This document shows positions 29,261-42,087 of a stretch of DNA of 64,000 bases, in pieces (position 1 is the stretch's first letter; each line of letters starts with the position of its first letter). Origin of the DNA: an uncultured delta proteobacterium (lineage in GTDB: Bacteria > Myxococcota > Myxococcia > Myxococcales > Anaeromyxobacteraceae); assembly GCA_963766715.1 (NCBI GenBank), contig CAVYBH010000014.1:65994-129993 (forward strand). Reading direction: 5' to 3'. The notes below the pieces were generated by a model, which saw nothing but the letters and a program-made list of their open reading frames with translations, was not told the DNA's origin and searched no databases. The position numbers and the translations under genes were made by a program.

Positions 29261-31518
29261 TCAAATCCTCTCGATGCGGGCGGGTACGTGCTTGTGCCAG
29301 GGGGTCCCGGCGAACGGGTCGCGGTCCTCGCTGGCGGTGAGCTCGTTCGGGGCGACGCCCGTCGAGACCTCGCCGTCCGCACCGGGGTAGCCGAGTCCGA
29401 GGCCGTTGGGAAGCGAGACGTGCCCCCGCTGCATCGTGTCCGACACCTCGATGGAGGCGACGACGGAATCGCGCCGGGTGGAGAGCCGCACCCTGTCCCC
29501 GGAGCCCACGCCCAGGTCGGACGCGTCCTCCGGGCTGATCCGCAGCGCACCCTCGGGGTCCTGCTTCCGCCACGCGGGATCGCGGATGATCGTGTTCGCG
29601 GTGTAGGACCGTCGCTCCCCGGCCGAGAGCACGAAGGGAAAGGCCAGGTCCCGGTCCTGGGCGGATCGCGTTCCAGCCGCGCCAGCTCCTCCAGGAGATC
29701 GGGCAGGGCGAGCTGGATCTTCCCGTCCGGCGTCGCGATGCGGCCCAGCACGTCGGCCCACTCGTCGACCGAGAAGATCACCCCGGACGGGCTCCGCAGG
29801 ATGGCGTCGAAGAGCGCCTGCGCGGCCTCGAGCGGCGTCCCTCCGAAGCCGGCCCGGGCGAGCGACGCAGGGCTCTGCATCGCAGCGCGGAGCGAGAGGG
29901 CGAGGAGGACCGCGCCCTCCCGGACCTCCGGAGGAAGCGCCATCGTCCGGTAGAGCAGGACCGGCGCCTGGGCGGCGAGGCGCGGGTCGGAGAGGAAGAG
30001 GCCAGCCACTGCCTCGACGTAGGCGGCCGGGCCGGCCGCCGCCGCGGCCCGGAGCGGCGCGAGATCCTCCTCGGTGACGGCGCCGAGGGCGAGGCAGAGG
30101 CGCGCGTGGATCTCGGCCTCGGGGAGCGGTCCCGGGGGAGGCGCCAGGAGGCGGTGCCTGAGGTGGAAGCAGTTCCCGGGGAAGTCGAAGTTGAAGAAGG
30201 TCGCCTCCGCCTTCTCGAACTGGGTCGCGGCGGGGAGGACGTAGTGGGCGAGCCGGGCGGTCTCGGTCATGGCCACGTCGATGACGACGAGGGTGTCGAG
30301 AGCGAGGAGCGCCTCGCGGAACCGCTTGGAGTCCGCGATGGAGTGGGCCGGGTTCGCGGCCTCGACGAGCATCGCGCGGTAGCGCCCGGGGTGGTCGGTC
30401 AGGATCTCGTCGGCGATCACGTTGCAGGGGACGAGCCCCGCGATGATGGGAGCGCCGACGACCGGGCTCCGCCGCTTCGAGGCGCCGCTCGCGATGGTCA
30501 CGATGGGGGTCGGCACGAAGGTCGTGCCCGGCTTCCCGAAGCTGCCGGTCATCGCCACGAGGAGCCGGTGGAGATAGCTGACCAGGGTGGAATTCCGGTT
30601 CATCTGGACGCCGAGGTCCTCGAAGCTCGAGAGCGCACGGGCACCGCCGATGACGCGCGCGGTGCGGCGGACCAGGGCCTCGTCGAGGCCGGCCCGGGCG
30701 CAGAAGGCGGCGATCGGCACCGCACGGATGGCGGCCGCGACCTCGTCCTGCCCGACGGCGTGCCGGTCCAGGAAGGCGCGGTCCACGAGTCCCTCCTCCA
30801 GGAGGATGGCGAGCAGGGCCGCGAGGAGGTACGCGTCGGTTCCCGGGCGGAGCTGGAGGTGGATGTCGGCGAGGTCCGCGGTCTCGGTGCGGCGCGGGTC
30901 GACGACGATGAGCGTGCGGGCCGGGTCCTTGGCGATGGCCTTGAGGACGACGCGCGCCCGCGGGATGGAATGGGAGTTCCACGGATTCTTGCCGAGGAAC
31001 AACGCCACGTCGCAGTGCTCGAAGTCGGCGCGCATCATCGCCGAGCCGAACATGCGATGGGCGACCCAGAACTCGCCGGTCTTCTCCTGCGCGAGCGCGC
31101 TCGAGCGGTAGCCGGAGCCGAGCGCCCTTCGGGTCGCGGTGGCGTAGGCGCCCGGCAGGTGGTTCCCCTGGCCTCCGCCCCCGTAATAGAAGATCGCGTC
31201 GCCCCCGTGGCGATCGCGCACGGCGGCGAGCCGCCCGGCCACCTCGCGGATGGCCGTCTCCCAGTCGATCTCCTCGAACGTCCCGTCCGGGCGGCGGCGA
31301 AGCGGCGCCGTCAGGCGGTCCCGGCCGTTCTGGTAGTGGTCGAGCCGGTGGGCCTTCTCGCAGGCGTACCCGCGGGAAGCCGGGTGCCGGTCGTCCCCGC
31401 GCAGGCGCACCAGGTGGCGGCCACCTTCCCCGCCCAGCTGGACCTCCAGGCCGCAGTTGCACTCGCACAGGATGCAGGCCGTCGGCTTCCAGTCGATCGC
31501 CGTCATGGGGTCCTTCAT
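29261..31518 (-). CDS. Molybdopterin-dependent oxidoreductase (DMSO-reductase superfamily) with N-terminal 4Fe-4S site (frameshift ~29660)
   Basis: CILCECNCG...CEKA, DRLTAPLRR, VVDPRRTETA, DVAMTETARLAHYVLPA, and a C-terminal molydopterin-dinucleotide-binding domain. Confidence 0.88.
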
Positions 31519-31637
31519 GTGCCGTCCGGGCTCGCGGGGCAAGCCCCGCACCTCCCGAAGGGTGGGTGTGCGGGCCGGCCGGGGTCGTTATCCTTGGCCC
31601 CGAGGACCGGAGGCAAACCCGGACAGGAGGCCGTGCC

Positions 31638-32071
31638 ATGCTGAGCCGAGCGACCGCGAAGTGGGAAGGCGATTCTGATGTCGGGCAAGGGCACCACGAG
31701 CGCCGCCAGCGGCGCGTTCCGCGATGCGGGCCTCAGCTGGAAGGCGCGCACCGAGGGAGCCGCGGCCGCCACCACGCCGGAGGAGCTCCTGGCCGCCGCG
31801 CACGCCAGCTGCTTCTCCATGGCGCTCTCCCACGCGCTCGCCCAGGGAGGGCACCCGGCCACGCGGCTCGAGACCAGCTGCGTCGTCGAGTTCGGGCCCA
31901 AGCGGGGCGGCGGCTTCGAGGTGAAGTCGAGCGCGCTCGAGGTGAAGGGATGGGTGCCGGGGATCGACGCCGGCCGGCTTCGAGAAGGCGGCCGAGGACG
32001 CGAAGAACGGCTGTCCCATCTCGTCGGCCCTGAAGATCCCGATGTCGGTGAAGGCGGCGCTGCAGGCGTAG
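31638..32071 (+). CDS. osmC: OsmC family peroxiredoxin (frameshifted)
   Basis: ATAKWEG...GKG...PEELLAAAHASCFSMALS...AKNGCPISSAL, with GGAGG RBS. Confidence 0.88.
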
Positions 32072-32185
32072 GGCCGCGGGGCGGCCTGCACACTTCTTGA
32101 CGAAACCTGCCAGGGTCGCTTCACAGGCCCGACCTAGCTTCCGGGGTGTCGACGCGCCATCGCGCGCCACACCTGGAGGCTCACC

Positions 32186-32629
32186 ATGTTCGGATTCGTG
32201 ATCGGTACCCTCTGTCTCATCCTGCTCGTCGGCGTCCTGCGCCGCCGGCACTGGCACGGCCACCCCGGCCACGACCACCGGGGCGGCTTCGGTCCGCGCG
32301 CGTTCCTCTGGCGCCTGCTGCGCCGGATCGACGCGACCCCGGCCCAGGAGAAGGTCTTTCGCGACGAGGCCGAGCTGCTGCGGGAGACGGTTCGCGGCCT
32401 TCGGGGCGAGGTGAAGGCCTCGGGCCGGGACCTGGCGGCCGCGCTGCGGGAGGAGGCGCTCGACCGGCAGAAGCTCGAGTCCATCTACCGCAAGCAGGAC
32501 GAGCTCCTGGCCGGCCTCCGCGCGAGGCTGTCGTCCTCCCTGGAGCGCGTGCACTCGACCCTCGACGCGCGGCAGCGCGCCGAGCTCGCCGACCTCCTCG
32601 AGCGCGGCGGCCACGCCGGCTGCTGGTGA
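32186..32629 (+). CDS. Spy/CpxP-like helical periplasmic sensor accessory protein
   Basis: N-terminal TM, His/Gly-rich linker, IDATPAQEK...VHSTLDARQRAELADL, upstream of a two-component pair. Confidence 0.7.
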   Translation: MFGFVIGTLCLILLVGVLRRRHWHGHPGHDHRGGFGPRAFLWRLLRRIDATPAQEKVFRDEAELLRETVRGLRGEVKASGRDLAAALREEALDRQKLESIYRKQDELLAGLRARLSSSLERVHSTLDARQRAELADLLERGGHAGCW

Positions 32630-32641
32630 AGGAGGACGACC

Positions 32642-32803
32642 ATGCGACGCACCTTCCTCATCGCCGTCCTGTCCCTCGGCACCGTCCTGGGCTTCGCCTC
32701 GGGGTTCGCCCACCTCCACGCCTGGAGGCACGGCGGGCACGTCCACGGCGGGTGTGAGCGCGCACATCCGCCGCGCGGCTCGCCGCCGGCGGCCTCGCCG
32801 TGA
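32642..32803 (+). CDS. Small His-rich membrane protein (53 aa)
   Basis: GGAGG RBS, then MRRTFLIAVLSLGTVLGFASGFAHLHAWRHGGHVHGGC. Confidence 0.6.
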   Translation: MRRTFLIAVLSLGTVLGFASGFAHLHAWRHGGHVHGGCERAHPPRGSPPAASP

Positions 32804-32822
32804 CATGATTCCGGCCCGCTCC

Positions 32823-33500
32823 ATGGCCCTGCGCGTCCTGTGCATCGATGACGACCAGCGGTTGCACGCCCTGCTCGCCGAATACCTCGGCCAGAACGGC
32901 GTGACGCTGGTGGCGGCGCCCGACGGCCCCCGTGGCCTCGCGGCGCTCGCCGCGGGCGGCTTCGACGCGGTCTTCCTCGACGTGATGATGCCGGGCATGG
33001 ACGGGCTGGAGGTCATGCGGCGCATCCGGGAGAAGAGCACCATCCCGGTGATCATGCTGACCGCCAAGGGGGACGAGACCGACCGCGTGGTGGGACTCGA
33101 GCTCGGGGCCGACGACTACCTGCCGAAGCCCTTCAGCGCCCGCGAGCTCCTGGCCCGCCTGCGCGCCGTCCTGCGGCGCGGCGCGGGCGAGGTCACCGAC
33201 CGGATCACGGTGGGCGAGCTGTCGGTCGACGTTCCGGCCCACGAGGCGCGGGTTCGCGGGACCCCGGTGGCGCTCACGGGACTGGAGTTCGACCTGCTGG
33301 TCGCGCTGATGCGGCGCGCCGGGCGGGTGGTGCCTCGCGCCGCCCTGATGGACGAGGCCGGCCGCGGCGACACGCTGGTCGGCGACCGGGCCGTCGACGT
33401 GCACGTCTCCCACCTGCGCCAGAAGCTCGGCGACGACCCGCGCGCGCCCCGGCTCATCAAGACGGTGCGCGGGGTCGGCTACCTCGTGGTGAAGCCGTGA
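32823..33500 (+). CDS. OmpR/CpxR-family response regulator
   Basis: VLCIDDD, LDVMMPGMDG, MLTAKG, GADDYLPKPF and the winged HTH DVHVSHLRQKL...IKTVRGVGY. Confidence 0.92.
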   Translation: MALRVLCIDDDQRLHALLAEYLGQNGVTLVAAPDGPRGLAALAAGGFDAVFLDVMMPGMDGLEVMRRIREKSTIPVIMLTAKGDETDRVVGLELGADDYLPKPFSARELLARLRAVLRRGAGEVTDRITVGELSVDVPAHEARVRGTPVALTGLEFDLLVALMRRAGRVVPRAALMDEAGRGDTLVGDRAVDVHVSHLRQKLGDDPRAPRLIKTVRGVGYLVVKP

Positions 33501-34734
33501 GGCCGCATCCCCACGGCCGCGGGAGCCTCCGCGGGCGCATCTTCCGCTGGTTCGGCGTGGCCATCGTCTCCACGGGCTCGTGGTCGCCCTCGTCTTCCAT
33601 CTCCTCGGGGATGCCGGGTACTGGGCGCGGCAGCGCGACGGCGCGCTCCGGTTCGTGGGGGAGCGGACTCGCCCGCTCCTGGGACGACGTGCCGGCTCGC
33701 GCCGAGCTCGTCGCCTCCCTCGGCCGGGACCTGGACCTGGAGCTCGCGCTTCGCGACGCGGCCGGGGCGGTCGTCGATCGTGCCGGGCCTGCGATCACCC
33801 GAGCTTCACGGTGCCCGTGCCCGGTCGTGGGGTGCTCGACGTGTGCGTCCCGCACCGCTTCCTCGGACAGCCGTGGCGCCTGGGCGTCGCGCTCCTGGCC
33901 GCCGTGGCGATGCTGTGGGGCGCGAGCGGCCGGATCGCCCGGCGGATCGCGCGACCCATCGTCCACCTGGCCGACGTGGCGCGCGACCTCGGGAACGGGA
34001 AGCTCTCGAGCCGCGCCCGGCTCGACCGGCGCGAGCCCGGCGAGATTGGGACGCTGACCACCGCCATGAACGACATGGCGGGCAAGATCGAGAAGCAGAT
34101 GCGGGATCAGCGCGAGCTCCTGGCCGCGGTCTCGCACGAGCTGCGCACGCCGCTCGGGCACGTGCGCGTGATCGGCGACCTGCTCTCCGCCACCGGCGAT
34201 CCCGTGCACCTGGCGCAGCTGGAGCGGGAGGTGCTCGAGATGGATCGGCTGGTGGGAGAGCTCCTGGCGAGCGCCCGCGTCGACTTCTCCGCGCTCTCTC
34301 CGGTGCGCCTCGACGCCGCCGCCCTCGCCGCCACCGCGCTCGAACGGCTGCACCTGCCTGCCGCGCGGCTGGAGGTGGAGGCGAAGGACGCCACGTGGAG
34401 GCCGACCCGACCCTGCTCCTCCGGGCCGTGGGGAACCTCGTCGAGAACGCCGAGCGGCACGGAGGGAGGCCTGCTCCGCCTGGTCGTGCGCGAGCGTCCC
34501 GGCCATCTCGTCATCGAGGCCGAGGACGGAGGGCCGGGCTTCGCGGCGGACGAGCTCGACCGGGCCTTCGAGCCCTTCCGGCAGGGAGGCGCCGGGCGAG
34601 GAGACGGGCGCTCGCTCGGGCTCGGGCTCTCCCTCGTCCGGCGAATCGCCGAGGCGCACCGCGGAGGCGCCTTCGCCCGGAACCGGGAAGGGGGCGGCGC
34701 GGTGGTGGGGGTCGAGCTTCCGCGCGCGGGCTGA
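33497..34734 (+). CDS. HAMP-domain sensor histidine kinase (frameshifted)
   Basis: VSHELRTPL, NLVENA, EDGGPG, FEPF and GLGLSLVRRIAEAH. Confidence 0.88.
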
Positions 34735-34884
34735 AGAGTCGACGATCCCGCCGTATCTTGTCCACATTTGTCCACCGCACAAGAGGCTGAAAATCACTTG
34801 GGAGATGCCGGATTTTCCACCGGCGGCCTCCCTGAAGGGGCCGGGACTGTCGGTACGAGGGGCAAATGAAGGACACTGCCCGAA

Positions 34885-35764
34885 ATGGCCAGGGCCCCCC
34901 GGAAGCCGAGGACGAGCGGGCCACCTCCCTCGAAGGTGGAAGGCGGGAACGCGAAGGCCCATCCCCCGCCAGACGAGGTGCTGCCGAGCTTCAAGGCCCT
35001 GCGGGACCGGGAGCGCAGGCTGGCTCGCGCCTACTGGACGCTGGCCCAGTGCAACCGGGCCCTCGTCCGCGCCACCGAGCGAGCCCGACCTCCTGAACCA
35101 GCTCTGCAAGCTGCTCGTCCAGGTCGGCGAGTACCAGATGGCCTGGGTGGGGTTCGCCGAGGACGATGCGGAGCAGCACCGTCCGGTGCGTCGCCCAGGC
35201 TGGATTCTCGGACGGCTACCTCGAGTCGATCCGCATCACCTGGGCTGACGACGCCCACGGGCGCGGGCCCACCGGGACGTGCATCCGCACCGGGAAGCCG
35301 GTGGTGAACCGCAACAGCCTGACCGAGCCCACCTTCGAGCCGTGGCGCGCGCAGGCCATGGAGCGGGGCTTCCAGTCGTCGATCTCGCTTCCGCTCGTCC
35401 TGGGGAAGAGGTGCATCGGTGCGCTCATGGTCTACTCCTCCCGGGTCGACGCCTTCGATCCCGACGAGCAGGAGCTGATGCTCCGCCTGTCGGAGGACCT
35501 GGCCTTCGGGATCGGCGCGCTGCGGGACCGCGAGGAGCGCGAGCGGGCCGAGGCGAGGGACCCGGTTCGACGTCGGGTGTCGCTCGAGGAGCTTGCCGAA
35601 CCGGCGCCGCCGGAGCCGGCGAGCGTTCCGGCCGCAGCGTCGAGCGAGACGGTCCTGGTGGTGGAGGACGACGACCAAGCCGTTCACCGCGGAGGCGCTG
35701 GTGGCCAAGATCCGCGACGCGATCCACCCGAAGGTTCGGCGCGGACTCGTCGACGCCGGTCTAG
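34885..35764 (+). pseudogene. GAF-domain protein with a collapsed receiver remnant (probable deleted hybrid kinase)
   Basis: The GAF domain reads YQMAWVGF...GRGPTG...PWR...SSISLPL...FDPDEQELM. It is followed by TVLVVEDDD joined directly to KPFTAEALVAKIR. Confidence 0.6.
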
Positions 35765-37640
35765 CTAGTGCAGGAGGCCCAGGGTCTCGAGGACGGCCAC
35801 GAGCACGCCCGTCAGCGACTCGCCGGCGATGAGGCCCGAGGCCACCGGGACCACGTAGAAGGCCGCGACCACCGGCCGGCGGCGGGCGAAGGCCCAGGCC
35901 GCGACCGCGCCCACGAAGAAGGACACGGACGTCCACCCCTGGAAGGTGAAGGCGAGCCCGATGCCCACCGGTGAGGGCAGGAACGGGCGGGCCCGCGGCA
36001 CGAGCCGGTCGGCGAGCGTGAGCGCGACGCCCAGGCCGGCCCCGATCCAGAGCGACGCGAGCGCGTAGGGCGGCAGCGATCCCACGCCGCGGGCGAGGAG
36101 CTCGGCCACCGCCTTCCACACCTGCGCGGCCGGCGCCGGGAAGCGATCGCCACCCAGGACCGACGGGTCGGGCACGAGGAGGAAGAAGCCGGACGTCGCA
36201 GCCAGCGCGCCGCCGAAGACCCCGAAGAACTGGGCCAGGAACTGCTTGCGGGGATTGGCGCCCAGCAGGTAGCCGGACTTGAGATCGGTGAGCAGGTCGG
36301 CCGAGCTGACCGCGATGGAGGAGGTCACGTTCGCCGTCATGAGGTTGGCGGTGAGGTTCTGCGGCATGAGCACGCCGAAGGTGAGCTGGGTGATCTTGCC
36401 GACCGCGCCGATGGGGGTGGTGTCGGTCTCGCCGGTGGCGCGCGCCGCCACCACCGCCATGAGGGCCGAGATCAGGATGGCGACGACGCCGAGCGCGACC
36501 GGGATCCCGAAGGCGAACAGGTTGACGGCGACGACCCCGGTCCCGGCGACGAGGACGCCGACGACGAACCACGTCCCGGGGACCTCGATGCGCCGGAGCG
36601 GATCGTCCCCCTCCGGCGGGCGCTTCCGCAGCGCCCCGGCCAGTCCCGAGAAGGCCTGCGCGATGGTCCGCCAGTTCCAGAAGAAGGCGAGCAGGGCCGA
36701 CGAGGTCATGAGCGCGACCCCGCTCCACACCGACCAGGAGACGATCCCCCGGAATCCGAGCCGGGGGATGACGCCGCGTGAATGGAGCCAGGGCGCGAGG
36801 ATGCCGTAGTTGAGGACCGCCCCGAGCAGCATCGAGGAGGCGGTGCGCAGCCCCATGATCGCGCCCGCCGCCGGGAAGAGGACCGAGGCCTCGAGCGCCA
36901 GCGTGAATCCCTGGGGGCTGGTGAGCCGGGCCGCGCCCTCCCAGCCGAGCCGGTGGAAGAGCGCCGACACCGGCACGAAGGCGGGGATGAAGGACGGGCC
37001 GGCCGTCGCGGAACCAGGCCACGAAGGCCCCCACGCCCATGGCCGAGAAGAGGCTCGTGGCCTTCCTGCGCGCGTCGAGCCCCTTCGCGTAGAGCGAGCG
37101 CAGCGTCTCCGCCGCCGCGATCCCGGACGGGAAGGGCAACTGCTCCACGTTCACCATCGTCCGCTTCATGGGGATGGCGAGGAAGACGCCCAGCATCCCC
37201 AGGAAGAAGACGAGCCCCAGCGTCACGACGAAGGGCACCTTCTCCCCGGTGACGAGCAGGTAGGCGGAGAACGCCGAGACCAGCGTGGGCCCGGTCGAGT
37301 AGCCGGAGGCCGACGCGGTGGACTGCAGGCAGTTCACCTCCAGGATCGAGACGTCCTTCCCCTGGTGCCGGTCGAAGAGGGGAAACCCCGCCGGTGCCCG
37401 GAGCCAGCCGAGCGGGACCACCTTGAAGATCGCGAAGCTGACGATGGCCGCGGTGATGGCGACGTTCATGCTCCAGCCGGCCTTCAGGCCGACGTAGAGG
37501 TTGGAGAACGCCAGGACGCCGCCGAGCAGCGCTCCCATGAGGACCGCCCGGAGCGTGAGCTGCGGAACGTGGTCGCCGGCGTACTGCGTGCGGTACCACT
37601 CGGCCTCGGGGCTCTCGGGCGTGCGGTGCGCGTCGGCCAT
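35765..37640 (-). CDS. OPT-family oligopeptide transporter (frameshift ~36990)
   Basis: QLTLRAV...[31 protein letters not shown] and SGLIAGES. Confidence 0.9.
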
Positions 37641-37644
37641 GGCC

Positions 37645-40600
37645 TCAGAGCGAGGGGGCCGCGGCCAGCCGGGCCGTCCGGGCGCGCTCCGCCTCCTCCT
37701 CGGCGCGGGCGTCGGCGTCCGGGTCGTTCGGCTCCTGCCGGGGCTCCGGTGGCCGGGCGCGCCGGGCGATGAGGACGAAGAAGAGGGGGACGAAGAGGAT
37801 CGCGAGCGCGGTGGCCGACAGCATGCCGCCGATCACGGCGGTGCCGATGGCGACCTGCCCGCCGGCGCCGGCGCCGTGCGCGATGGCCAGCGGCAGGACG
37901 CCCAGGATGAACGCCAAGGACGTCATGAGGATGGGACGCAGCCGCATGCGGGCCGCCAGGAGCGCCGACTCCACCACGTCCTTCCCGCGCTCGTGGAGCT
38001 CCTTGGCGAACTCGACGATGAGGATGGCGTTCTTGGCGGAGAGCCCCACGGTGGTGAGGAGCCCCACCTGGAAGAACACGTCGTTCGTGAGCCCGCGGAC
38101 GAGCATCCCGAAGACCGCGCCCAGCACGCCGAGCGGGACCACCAGCATGACGGAGACGGGGATCGACCAGCTCTCGTAGAGCGCGGCCAGGCAGAGGAAC
38201 ACCACGAGCAGGGAGATCGCGTACAGCAGCGGCGCATTGGCCCCGGAGGCGCGCTCCTCGTAGGAGAGCCCCGACCACTCGAAGCCGATCCCGGGCGGGA
38301 GCTGGGCCACGATCCCCTCGAGCGCGGCCATGGCCTCGCCGGAGCTGTGGCCCGCCGAGGGCTCGCCCTGGATGGCGACCGCCGAGATGCCGTTGAAGCG
38401 CTCCAGCTTGGGGGGGCCGAACGTCCACCGGCTGCTCGCGATGGCCGAGAACGGCACCATCTCCCCCGCCTTGTTGCGGACGTACCAGCGATCGAGGTCC
38501 TCGGGGTTCATGCGGAAGGGCGCGTCGGCCTGCATGTAGACGCGCTTGGTGCGCGACTTGTCCATGAAGTCGTTGACGTAGGCGACGCCCCAGGTCGAGG
38601 CCAGCGTCTGGTTCACGTCGGCGAGCGAGACGCCCAGCGCCACCGCCTTCTGCTGGTCCACGTCGACGTTGAACTGGGGCGTGTCCTCCAGGCCGGAGGG
38701 ACGGACCTTGGCGAGCCGCGGATCCTTGCGGGCCAGGTCGAGGAGCTGGTTGCGCGCGGCCATGAGCGCGTCGTGGCCCAGGCCGGCCCGGTCCTCCAGC
38801 TGCAGCTCGAAGCCGGTGGCGTTGCCGAGCTCGGTGACCGCCGGCGGCGTGAAGACGAAGACGTTCGCCTCCTTGATCCCGGCGAAGGCCTTCTGGGCGC
38901 GCGCGGCCACCGTGTCGGCGCGCAGGCGCACGCCGGGACGCTCGTCCCAGGGCCGCAGCCGGATGAACCCCACGCCGGCGTTCTGGCCGCGGGAGCCGAA
39001 GTTGAAGCCGGCGATCGACATCACCGACTCGATCGACTCCTTCTCCTCGGTGAGGAGGTGGTTCGAGATCTTCTCGAGCGTCTTCTTGGTCATCTCGAGC
39101 GTGCTCCCGGGCGGGAGGACGATCTGGGCGTACATGAGCCCCTGGTCCTCCTGCGGGAGGAACCCGGTGGGCAAGCGGGTGAAGAGCCCGATCAGCACGG
39201 CCACGAGCACCGCGTAGGCGATCATCCCGCGCACCCGCCGGCGCAGCAGGAACTCCACGGCCTTCTGGTAGCGGCCCGCGCCGCTCGTCGTAGACGCGGT
39301 TGAACCACCCGAAGAAGCCCTTCTTGGCGAGGCCGTGCCCCTTCTCGACCGGCTTGAGGAGGGTGGCGCAGAGCGCCGGCGTGAGCGTGAGCGCGACCAG
39401 CACCGACAGCGCCATCGACGACACGATGGTGATGGAGAACTGGCGGTAGATGACGCCCACCGAGCCGGGGAAGAAGGCCATGGGAACGAAGACGGCGGCG
39501 AGCACCAGCGCGATGCCGATGAGGGCGCCGGTGATCTGGGTCATCGACTTGCGGGTGGCGGACCGGGGCGGGAGCCCCTCCTCGCTCATGACCCGCTCCA
39601 CGTTCTCGACGACCACGATGGCGTCGTCGACGAGGAGGCCGATGGCCAGCACCATGCCGAACATGGTGAGCGTGTTGATGCCGAAGCCGAAGGCGGCCAG
39701 CACGCCCATGGTGCCGAGGAGCACCACGGGGACGGCGATGGTGGGGATGAGCGTGGCCCGGAAGTTCTGCAGGAAGAGGAACATCACCAGGAACACCAGC
39801 ACGACCGCCTCGAGGAGCGTCTTCAGGACCTCCTCGATGGAGAGGCGGACGAACGGGATGGTGTCGACCGGGTAGGTCACCTTGAGCCCGGGCGGGAAGA
39901 ACTTCGCCAGCTCGTCCACCCGCGCGCGGACCGCGCTCGCCGTCTGCAGCGCGTTCGCGCCCGCGGCCAGCCGCACGCCGATGCCCGACGACGGGCGGCC
40001 GTTGATGAAGGTCTCGATCTCCGACGACTCGCCGCCCAGCTCCACCCGGGCGACGTCGCCGAGGTACACGCGCGATCCGTCGGGGGAGACCCGCAGCAGG
40101 ATGGCGCGGAACTGCTCCGGGGTCTGGAGGCGGGTCTGGGCGGTGATGGTCGCGGTGAGCCGCTGCCCGTCGACCGCCGGGAGCCCGCCGAGCTGGCCCG
40201 CCGACACCTGGGCGTTCTGGGCCTGCAGCGCGTTCGAGACGTCGATCGGCGTCATCCGGTACTTGGCGAGCCGGGCCGGGTCGAGCCAGATCCGCATGGC
40301 GTACTGCGAGCCGAAGGTGGTGACCTCGCCCACGCCGGACACCCGGCTGATCGGGTCCTGGAGCGTCGAGTAGGCGTAGTCGGAGATGTCGTTGCGGGTC
40401 ATCGACCCGTCCTCGGAGACGAGGCCGATGATGAGCATGAAGTTGGAGACCGACTTGGCCACCTTGACGCCCTGCCGCTGCACGTCCTGCGGAAGCTGGG
40501 GCATGGCGAGCGCCAGCTTGTTCTGCACCTGCACCTGGGCGATGTCGGGATCGGTGCCGGCGTCGAAGGTGAGGGTCACCGCCGCGTTCCCGGCCGAGTC

Positions 40601-40846
40601 GGACGACGACGCCATGTAGCGCAGGTTGTCGAGGCCGTTCATCCGCTGCTCGATCACCTGCGTGACGGTGTCCTCGAGCGTCTTGGCCGACGCGCCCGGG
40701 TAGGACGTGGTCACGCTGATGGCGAGCGGCGCGATGGCCGGGTACTGCGAGACGGGCAGCCGGAGGATGGAGAGGCCGCCGGCGAGCATCACCAGGATGC
40801 CGATGACCCACGCGAAGATCGGTCGTTCGATGAAGAACTGGGCCAC
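37645..40846 (-). CDS. acrB: RND efflux transporter, AcrB/MexB family (frameshift ~39280)
   Basis: [42 protein letters not shown] and [12 protein letters not shown]. Confidence 0.93.
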
Positions 40847-40855
40847 GGGCCGTTC

Positions 40856-42017
40856 CTAGCGTGCGCCGGCGGCGGGAACCGGGTTGACCTGGGCGCCGGG
40901 GCGGACCTTCTGCAGCCCCTCGACGATGACCTGGTCGCCGGGCCGGATGCCGTCGGTCACGAGCCAGGCATTCCCCACGGCCCGGTCGGTGGTCAGCTGG
41001 CGGCGCTCCACCTTCTTCTCGGCGTTCACGACCATCGCCACGGGCATGCCCTTCTGGTCGCGCGTGACCCCGACCTGCGGCACGAGCAGCGCCTGCGGGC
41101 TCACGCCCTCCTCGAGCCGCGCCCGCACGAACATGCCGGGCAGGAGCTCGCCCTTCGGGTTCGGGAAGAGGGCGCGCAGCGCGATCGACCCGGTTCCGGG
41201 GTCCACGGTCACGTCGGTGAACTGGAGCGTCCCGGCCTGCGCGTACTCGCGCCCCTCCTCGGTGAGGAGCCGCACGCGGGCCTGGCCCTTCCCGGAGCCC
41301 TGGAGCTTGCCGGCCTCCAGGTCGCGTCGAAGCCGCAGCACGTCGTCCGCCGACTGCGTCACGTCCACGTAGATCGGGTCAATCTGCTGCACGGTGGCGA
41401 GCAGCGTCGCCTGGGACGCCTGGGCGTAGGCGCCCTCGGTCACGGCCGAGCGGCCGATGCGCCCGGACACCGGCGCCGTCACGGTCGTGTAGCCGAAGTT
41501 GATCCGGGCCGTCTGCTCGGCGGCGCGCGCCGCGGCCACGTCCGCCTCCGCCGTCTTCAGGGCCGCCAGGCTGTTGTCGTGGTCCTGCTGGCTCACCACG
41601 TTGGTCTTGATGAGCTCCGCGTGGCGCTGCGCCTGGACCCGGGCGTTGGCGAGGGTGGCCTCGGCGCGGGCCAGGGTGGCCTTGGCGCCGTCGAGGGCGG
41701 CCTCGTAGGGCGCCGGGTCGATGAGGAAGAGCTTCTGCCCTTCCTTCACGTCGCTTCCCTCCACGAAGAGCCGCTTCTGCACGATGCCGTTCACCCGGGC
41801 GCGGACCTCGGCCACCCGGAAGGCCGAGGTGCGTCCGGGGAGCTCGCGGGTGAGCGTGACGGGGGCGGGCTGGATGGTGACCACGCCCACCTCCACCACC
41901 GCGGGGGCCGCCGGCGCAGCGGCGCGGCTGCCGCACGCGGAGAGGAGGACCAGGGAGGCGAGGAGGACGAGGGACCTCGACGCGGCGGAGCCGGGAGCTT
42001 CGGTTGCGGATCGTCAT
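40856..42017 (-). CDS. acrA: RND membrane-fusion lipoprotein, AcrA/MexA family (frameshift in signal region)
   Basis: Lipobox LSACG, ELPGRTSAFRVAEVRARVNGI, APVSGRIG and LLPGMFVRA. Confidence 0.9.
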
Positions 42018-42087
42018 GTGGAGGGGGAAGGGGTAACGGGATCCCGGGTGAAGGTCAATTGACCGGAGGCGCCCGTCCCGGGCCCCG

